A program made the position numbers and the translations under genes. The notes beneath the pieces are model-generated. The model made no database searches. It saw only the letters and a list, made by a program, of their open reading frames with translations, and had not been told where the DNA came from. Of a DNA stretch of 43,155 nucleotides, positions 36,926 to 43,155 are shown one piece after another. The stretch spans positions 1-43,155 of the forward strand of contig CAZRND010000002.1 in assembly GCA_964601345.1 (NCBI GenBank), given 5' to 3'. Within the stretch, counting starts at the first letter, position 1. Each line of letters starts with the position of its first letter. The stretch comes from an uncultured Acidobacteriota bacterium (GTDB taxonomy: Bacteria > Acidobacteriota > Terriglobia > JAJPHL01).

Positions 36926-38216
36926 CGAGCCCGCAGCGCGCTACGCCCTCCGCCAGGCCTTCCAGTCGGAATATCGCGTCGTCGAAGCAGGATCGGTCGC
37001 CGAGGCGCGTGAGCGGCTGGCATCCGACCGCCCTTCCGTCGTGCTCCTCGATCAGAACATGCCGGGTGAAGACGGTCTGAGTCTGCTGCGCGAGATCGGG
37101 AAAGCTGTGGATTCCCCCGCCGTGGTGATGATCACGGCTCACGGATCGGAGCGCCTGGCTGTGGACGCCATCAAGGCCGGCGCGTACGACTATCTCGCCA
37201 AGCCGTACGAGCTCGACGAATTGCGGCTGGTGGTGGCGCGCGCGCTCGAGCGGCAGCAACTGGTGGGCGAGGTCCGCGGTCTGCGCGAACGTCTTGCGGC
37301 GGAAGGCGAATTCGGCCGGATGGTGGGCAATTCCCCGGCGATGCGAAATCTGTTTCGCAGCGCCGCCCAGGTGGCCGAAAGCGATCTGGCGGTGATGATC
37401 CGGGGCGAGAGCGGCACGGGAAAAGATTTGCTGGCTCAGGAAATCCACGCCCGCAGCCGCCGGGCCGATCGTCGCTTCGTGGCGCTGAACTGCGCCGCGC
37501 TTCCCGAGACGCTGGTCGAGAGCGAATTGTTCGGCTTCGAGAAAGGGGCTTTTACCGGCGCAACGACGCAGCGCGCCGGCAAGTTCGAACAAGCCCACCT
37601 TGGAACGCTCTTCCTCGATGAAATCGGCGACATGGCCCTCGGGACCCAAGCCAAGATCCTGCGTGCGACTGAGTCCGGCGCGATCGAGCGGCTCGGGAGC
37701 GGACAGGCGATCCAGGTGGATGCGCGTTTGATCAGCGCGACGAACGCCGATCTCGACGCCGCCATTCAGGAAGGCAAGTTCCGCCAGGACCTTTTTTACC
37801 GTCTTGCGGGCGTCACGCTCGACATGCCGCCTCTCCGCGCGCGCCGCGCGGACATCCCCTTGATGGTGGAGAAATTCTGGCGGGAACTGCAACGCAAGTA
37901 CGAACGCACCGGTCCCGAGCTGACGCGCGACATCATGACACGCCTGGAGGAGGCGCAGTGGCCGGGGAACGTCCGCCAGCTTCGCAACACGGTGGAAAAA
38001 CTGTTCGTGCTCGGCGAGCTCGATCCCGCGATCGCCTCGGAGGCGCCCATGGACGGAGACTATCGTGAAGCGAAGCGCCAGTTTGAAATCGCTTATCTCT
38101 CCCGCAAGCTGCGCGAGTTTGGCGGCAACGTGACACGCACTGCGGCAGCGATTGGCCTCGAGCGCCAGACGCTACAAGAAAAAATCAAACAATTGCGAAT
38201 TGTCCGGGAAGGCTGA
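36900..38216 (+). CDS. Sigma54-dependent response regulator (NtrC/AtoC family)
   Basis: REC (VVDDE, LLDQNMP, KP), GESGTGKD, ESELFG, GAFTGA, LFLDEIG, WPGNVRQL, Fis-type HTH. Confidence 0.93.
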   Translation: MATILVVDDEPAARYALRQAFQSEYRVVEAGSVAEARERLASDRPSVVLLDQNMPGEDGLSLLREIGKAVDSPAVVMITAHGSERLAVDAIKAGAYDYLAKPYELDELRLVVARALERQQLVGEVRGLRERLAAEGEFGRMVGNSPAMRNLFRSAAQVAESDLAVMIRGESGTGKDLLAQEIHARSRRADRRFVALNCAALPETLVESELFGFEKGAFTGATTQRAGKFEQAHLGTLFLDEIGDMALGTQAKILRATESGAIERLGSGQAIQVDARLISATNADLDAAIQEGKFRQDLFYRLAGVTLDMPPLRARRADIPLMVEKFWRELQRKYERTGPELTRDIMTRLEEAQWPGNVRQLRNTVEKLFVLGELDPAIASEAPMDGDYREAKRQFEIAYLSRKLREFGGNVTRTAAAIGLERQTLQEKIKQLRIVREG

Positions 38217-41198
38217 TTACCCGGCCTGTTTGCGCTGGGCGATCTCCATCTCGGTGCGCGTGATCCACTGCTCGCAGAGAGCGCGGAAGGCCTCGGCGGC
38301 ATGAGCCAGGGACTGCTCCTGAATTCGCTCCAGATTCTTGCGGAACTCCACTTCGCCCTCGGAGGCGCGCGCCGGCATCTCTCGCGCCAGAGTCTCGCGC
38401 GCTTCGCGAACCTGCTCGAGCATCTCGCGACAAATCTGCTGCGCTTTGTCCTGCAGTTGATTCAGGGACGCGGCCGCCGATTCCTGGAACGCGTGATGGC
38501 GGTCGCGTTGGACGTCTTCGCCGCGCTGCCCCAGTTCCTGCAATAAGCGCTCGTGCTCCTTGCGCTCCTTTTGCATCGTACGGTCGAGAGCCAGGGCCGC
38601 GGCGTTCCCGCCATGTTCCATCAACCTCTCGGTTGAAGCGACGATTTGGTCCGAGAACTCCTTCAGTCGCGATTGGAACGCTGCGAGCGTCGATTCCCCC
38701 GCGGACGCCACGCTCTGACGAGCGGACTCCACGGGACTGCGCACAGTTTCCTGCATTTTGTCGCTTAGGACACCCGCGTACTTGTCGAGCGTGCCTTGCG
38801 CTTGCCTCGTGGCGCTATCGAGGGACGCCCGGCCTTCTTCGATCCGCTGGCCGAGTGTATCCATGCTCTTGACGATGTCCGCTTTGGTCTGCTCGGAGGA
38901 CGTGTGGAAGGAGTCGAGCGAGGCGCGCTTCTTGTCCAGCTCGCCTTGGAGCGCGGCGAACTGCGCATCGACGGACTGACGCCATTGCTGAATCTCGTTT
39001 TCGGTCTGGCTGCGGACTCGAGCCAGGGCTTGTTGCTGTTGCTCGATTCCGCCGATGACCTCGGCGACTGCGCCCAGCGCCTTGGCCTGCTGATCCTCCA
39101 CCTTTCCCACGCCCTTTGCCGCCGATTGTCCCAGCACCTGCATACTCTGTCCGGTTCGGCGATCGAGGGCCTCCAAGTGCTCTGCTGTCTTCTCGTCGAG
39201 CACCTGCCGGGCCTGACTCAGGCCCTGCGTGTGATCGGCGGCTTTCTGCGCAAGCGCCTGGCCGAGTTCCTCGCACCGGCGATCGAGCACGGCGAACAAC
39301 TCCGGCAGGCGAGCGGATGCCGCGGCCATCTCCTGTTCGAGCAGGCCGTGGAATCGCTCGCGTCCTTGCTGCGAGGACTGCTCCAGTTTCGCGCTGAAAG
39401 CGCCGTGCGTCGATTGCAGCGACCCGGCAACGCGCTCCTGAAGCTGCGCTTCCAGGGCCACGATGGCCGCGCCGACTTTTCGCTCGAGCTCGGAGGCCCG
39501 GACTCCCAAGCTGGTCTCCTGCTCCGCGGAGACTCTCACCAGCCGCGCTCGATTCTCCTCGGTGTTGACGCGCAGCATGTCCAGGCCGTCTCGAAGCGCC
39601 GCTCGCCCTTTCTCGAGAGTCTCGAGCAAACGGTCGAGCGCTTCTTTGCGGTTGTCGTACATGCCCATCAAGGAACTGAAATGGGTTTCCAGGTCCTGAT
39701 GTCGTTGCAGCCCCTCGCGCTGAAGTCCCGTATTCAGTTCCTGCCGGTCGGCCGAGGTCTGCTCGAGAATGCGCGAGGTTTCGAGCGACTTCCGATGGGG
39801 CGCATCACTGATCTGTTCGAGGCGCGCCTGGGCGGCCTGTCCAGCCGATTCCATCTCCGTCAGACGGACCGTCGAAGCTTCATTGAGGCGATGGACAGCG
39901 GCATCGCTCAGCGACGACAAGGACTGGCGGCTGCCGGCCAGGCGCTGGTCCGTTGCCTCCATCAGCTCATTGGCGGAAGTCCGCGCTCGTTCCAGACGCT
40001 CGCCGAGAGGACCGGCCACCGCTTCTCCCAGGTTCCGAAACTCAACCAGGCGGTTCTGCAGGCCGGATTGATACTGCTCGAGAAGTTGGCGGCTGCTCTC
40101 TTCCGATGTCCTGCGCGCTTGGCTTTCGAGCCCGGCCATCGCCGTCTTGGTGCTGCTGAAGGTCTGATCGAGCCATTGCGTGGTCGAAGCTTTTTGCTCG
40201 CTCACGATCCCGGCAATGAATCGCTCCATTTCCCTGCCGAGTTCCGGCGTCTTCTCGCGGTATTCCCGGATTCCGCCTAGTACCAGGTTCTGGATGTCGG
40301 CGCCGGCTTTGTCGAGCGCCTGCTGAACGTCTTGCTTCAAGCGATCGAGATGAGCCGTGGTCTGGCGGCGCCACTCCGCCGATTGAGTTTGCACGTCGGC
40401 CAGCGTCTTGCGTTGCAGTTCGAGGTCCGCGGCGACGCGTGCCACGATCTCGTCTGCCTTGGGAGTCTCCCGAAGCCTGAGCTGCTGGAAAGTCTCCTCG
40501 GCGGCGTGCAAGCTGGTTTCACACTCGCGGGTCAGATCGCCGATCTTCTGGCGCAAGCCCGCCGAATCTTTCTCCAGTTGGGCCAGGATCCGCGCCGTTT
40601 CCGCACGGATGGATTCGGACGCCGCACGCACCTGCACCGTCGATTCGCCCTCGATAATACTCTTCCACGAGGTGAAGGACTCGACCTGCGCGGCCAGCGC
40701 TGAGGAATTCTCGCGACGCGCGTCCTCTACCTGCGAGGAAAACTCCATCAGCATGGACGCTGCTTGATTGCGGAGCGCTTCGGCTTTGCGGACGAGAGAT
40801 TCGAGGGCCCGGTCTTCCGCGAAGGCCGGCTTCTCTTCAGGTTCTGTTTCGTACTCTTGGCCGTTGCGCTGGAAGAAATCTTTCCAGTCCCTCGGGAAAT
40901 CCAGCCCCCAATGCCCGTCGTCCCCGATGAACTCGATGCCCAACAAGAGAGACCCGGCTTCTTCATCCGGCTTGACCGATACGACGTGGGCGCGCATGGG
41001 CTCGGAGCCCGGACGGCGAATGGCGATGGGCGATCCGACGGCGAAGTTGCGGCGGGTGCTGATGCTGGCGCCGTACTTGCTGACATCGCGGGTGCGGGTG
41101 TCCTCCACCAACACCGATCCGTCCGCGCCCTTGCCGGCGATCTTTACATCCACCGCCTTGGCTAGCCGCGGACTCCGTCTTTTCTTGGTTTTACTCAT
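38217..41198 (-). CDS. PilZ-domain protein with a very long coiled-coil/helical C-terminus (993 aa)
   Basis: N-terminal RRSPR (RxxxR) and DVSKYG (DxSxxG) with GIEF strand; the remaining about 850 aa are E/Q/L/A/R-rich helical sequence with no TM. Confidence 0.75.
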   Translation of the reverse strand: MSKTKKRRSPRLAKAVDVKIAGKGADGSVLVEDTRTRDVSKYGASISTRRNFAVGSPIAIRRPGSEPMRAHVVSVKPDEEAGSLLLGIEFIGDDGHWGLDFPRDWKDFFQRNGQEYETEPEEKPAFAEDRALESLVRKAEALRNQAASMLMEFSSQVEDARRENSSALAAQVESFTSWKSIIEGESTVQVRAASESIRAETARILAQLEKDSAGLRQKIGDLTRECETSLHAAEETFQQLRLRETPKADEIVARVAADLELQRKTLADVQTQSAEWRRQTTAHLDRLKQDVQQALDKAGADIQNLVLGGIREYREKTPELGREMERFIAGIVSEQKASTTQWLDQTFSSTKTAMAGLESQARRTSEESSRQLLEQYQSGLQNRLVEFRNLGEAVAGPLGERLERARTSANELMEATDQRLAGSRQSLSSLSDAAVHRLNEASTVRLTEMESAGQAAQARLEQISDAPHRKSLETSRILEQTSADRQELNTGLQREGLQRHQDLETHFSSLMGMYDNRKEALDRLLETLEKGRAALRDGLDMLRVNTEENRARLVRVSAEQETSLGVRASELERKVGAAIVALEAQLQERVAGSLQSTHGAFSAKLEQSSQQGRERFHGLLEQEMAAASARLPELFAVLDRRCEELGQALAQKAADHTQGLSQARQVLDEKTAEHLEALDRRTGQSMQVLGQSAAKGVGKVEDQQAKALGAVAEVIGGIEQQQQALARVRSQTENEIQQWRQSVDAQFAALQGELDKKRASLDSFHTSSEQTKADIVKSMDTLGQRIEEGRASLDSATRQAQGTLDKYAGVLSDKMQETVRSPVESARQSVASAGESTLAAFQSRLKEFSDQIVASTERLMEHGGNAAALALDRTMQKERKEHERLLQELGQRGEDVQRDRHHAFQESAAASLNQLQDKAQQICREMLEQVREARETLAREMPARASEGEVEFRKNLERIQEQSLAHAAEAFRALCEQWITRTEMEIAQRKQAG

Positions 41199-41649
41199 AG
41201 TAAAGCACAACCCAATCTACGACGCAGCACGGCTTGTCGCCGCCCTCTCGCTCCACGATGACGTTCCATGTGGCGCGCACGCCTCCCGCGACGTCATCGA
41301 CGGACCGCAACGTGAACCGCGCTCGAATCTTCGAGCCCGAAGGAACGGGCGCCGGAAACCGCAGGCGATCGGCGCCGTAGTTCACGCCCATTCGGATGTT
41401 CGGCACTCGCACGATGCGCGACATCGGCACCAGCAACGACATCGTGAAGAATCCGTGCGCGATGGTTGTCCCATACGGCGATTCTTTTCGCGCCCGTTCC
41501 GGATCGGTGTGGATCCACTGCGGATCTTCCGTGGCCTCGGCGAAGCGGTTGATCTGCTCCTGCGTGACCTCGCGCCAGTCGCTGACCGCGACTTCGCGCC
41601 CGACCTGCTCGCGCAGGTGCTTCAGGTTTTCAATGACAGGTTTGGACAT
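41191..41649 (-). CDS. MaoC-family (NodN-like) dehydratase
   Basis: FAEATEDPQWIHTD, TIAHGF, NYGADRLRFPAPV. Confidence 0.9.
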   Translation of the reverse strand: MSKPVIENLKHLREQVGREVAVSDWREVTQEQINRFAEATEDPQWIHTDPERARKESPYGTTIAHGFFTMSLLVPMSRIVRVPNIRMGVNYGADRLRFPAPVPSGSKIRARFTLRSVDDVAGGVRATWNVIVEREGGDKPCCVVDWVVLYYE

Positions 41650-41653
41650 GGCG

Positions 41654-42610
41654 CTACCGCAGCGCCGGCTCGGGAACCCGGTCCTTCGCCTTCACCGGCG
41701 TCAACCATCCGTAACGATCGGGAACGCGTCCTTCGGTGATACTGAAAAACTCCTTCTGCAAGGCCTGCGTCACAGGACCGCGTCTTCCGCTGCCGATCGT
41801 GATGCGATCGACCGAACGGATCGGCGTGATCTCGACCGCCGTGCCGCAGAAGAACAGTTCGTCGGCCAGATAGAGCCACTCGCGCGGGATATTCTGCTCC
41901 ACGACGTTCAGGTTCATCTCCGCAGCCAGCCTGATCACCGAATCGCGCGTCACGCCCGGCAGAATGGAGGCGGAGAGCGGCGGCGTATACAGTTTGCTGT
42001 CGCGCACCAGGAACAGATTCTCGCCGCTCCCTTCGCTCACAAAGCCGTTCGGATCGAGCGCGATTCCCTCGGAGTAGCCGTTGACCACGGCTTCCATCTT
42101 GATGAGCTGCGAATTCATGTAATTGCTGGCCGCTTTGGCGATCGCCGGCAGGGTATTCGGATGCATCCGCTGCCAGGACGACACGCAAACGTCCACGCCC
42201 TGATCGTGCGCCTCTGCGCCGAGATACTTACCCCACGCCCACGTAAGCAGGTAGACGTCCACGGGAGTGTTTCCCGGATTCACACCTACCTCTCCGTAGC
42301 CGCGCAGCACGATGGGCCGCAAGTAGCCGCACGAGAGCCCGTTCGCAACCACCACTTCAGTCATGCCTTCCATGATCCGATCGAGGGTGAAAGGAATCTC
42401 CATCCGGTAGATCTTGGCGGAGTCGAAGAGCCGGCGCGTATGCTCCTTAAGTCGGAAAATAGCAGGACCTGCAGGAAGCGCGTAATAACGGATGCCCTCG
42501 AAAACGGCCGAGCCGTAGTGCGCGACGTGGGAGGCGACGTGAATGTGCGCGTCGTTCCAGGGGATGAGGTTACCATTGTGCCAAATCTTCTCTGTAGGCG
42601 TTATCGGCAT
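41654..42610 (-). CDS. ilvE: Branched-chain amino acid aminotransferase
   Basis: [22 protein letters not shown] (PLP Lys), [23 protein letters not shown]; AGGAG RBS upstream of ATG 42610. Confidence 0.95.
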   Translation of the reverse strand: MPITPTEKIWHNGNLIPWNDAHIHVASHVAHYGSAVFEGIRYYALPAGPAIFRLKEHTRRLFDSAKIYRMEIPFTLDRIMEGMTEVVVANGLSCGYLRPIVLRGYGEVGVNPGNTPVDVYLLTWAWGKYLGAEAHDQGVDVCVSSWQRMHPNTLPAIAKAASNYMNSQLIKMEAVVNGYSEGIALDPNGFVSEGSGENLFLVRDSKLYTPPLSASILPGVTRDSVIRLAAEMNLNVVEQNIPREWLYLADELFFCGTAVEITPIRSVDRITIGSGRRGPVTQALQKEFFSITEGRVPDRYGWLTPVKAKDRVPEPALR

Positions 42611-42767
42611 ATCGGGTTTATCTCCTATAAGGCTAGCTGGCAGTATAACATGGCGGGCATCTCCCATCCTGCAAGGGAGGCCACTTGGACCCCTAGTTCC
42701 AGGACCCCTGTACTGCATCCTGCAGTTTCCGGGCCACGTCTAATGGAGTGAGTCGAGGTAAACGACT

Positions 42768-43155
42768 ATGGCCACACCAGCAAAAGCGCTTCTGGACCCC
42801 AGGCAGAAAAGCCCCGTCGCCCGGGACTTTGAAGAGTACTTGAGGGCCAAGATCGTGGGCCAGGAAGCGGCCCTCGAAAAGGTCTCCTCCATGTACCAGG
42901 TGTTCCTGGCCGGCCTCAACCCGCCGGGCCGCCCCATCGGCAACCTGCTCTTCCTCGGTCCAACCGGATCGGGTAAGACGCGCGTCGTCGAAGCCGTGGC
43001 CGAAGCGCTCTATGGCGATCCTCGAGCGCTCATCAAGATCGATTGCGCCGAGTTCCAGCACAGCCATGAGATCGCCAAGCTGATCGGCTCGCCTCCGGTA
43101 TATCTGGGGCATCGCGAAACACATCCCCTGCTTTCGCAAGAGGTGCTGAATCAAT
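42768..43155 (+). CDS. ClpA/B-like single AAA+ (NBD2-type) ATPase, 3'-truncated by the window edge
   Basis: Not in the ORF track. Translation from ATG 42768: MATPAKALLDP...IVGQEAA...RPIGNLLFLGPTGSGKT...IDCAEFQHSHEIAKLIGSPPVYLGHRE. Confidence 0.85.
   Translation, partial: MATPAKALLDPRQKSPVARDFEEYLRAKIVGQEAALEKVSSMYQVFLAGLNPPGRPIGNLLFLGPTGSGKTRVVEAVAEALYGDPRALIKIDCAEFQHSHEIAKLIGSPPVYLGHRETHPLLSQEVLNQ

Overview
GC-rich bacterial chromosome segment; gene content and style suggest Acidobacteriota (inference). About 29 CDS; no RNA genes, mobile elements or CRISPR arrays seen. Left: alaS (5'-truncated), lytic transglycosylase, AMIN/amidase, TerC. The centre (about 5.6-29.8 kb) is an accessory locus that looks like an uncharacterised synthase-dependent exopolysaccharide system. 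Its core is a coupled operon: processive GT2, two paralogous TPR/clan-A glycoside hydrolase-like proteins (one lacks the putative acid/base Glu), a TPR/outer-membrane beta-barrel gene interrupted by one in-frame TAA, a membrane alkaline-phosphatase-superfamily transferase, GH18 and GGT. Upstream lie a NodB deacetylase-caspase-TPR fusion, a Ser/Thr kinase-TM-degenerate class III cyclase fusion, a membrane-anchored HEAT protein, a stand-alone Hpt and a membrane patatin. Right: recX, sirtuin, MFS, pilT, a candidate sigma54-driven CDP-alcohol phosphotransferase/GtrA pair next to an HK/NtrC pair, a PilZ/long coiled-coil protein, MaoC, ilvE and a 3'-truncated single-AAA Clp-like ATPase. All calls come from motif recognition by eye; no searches were run.
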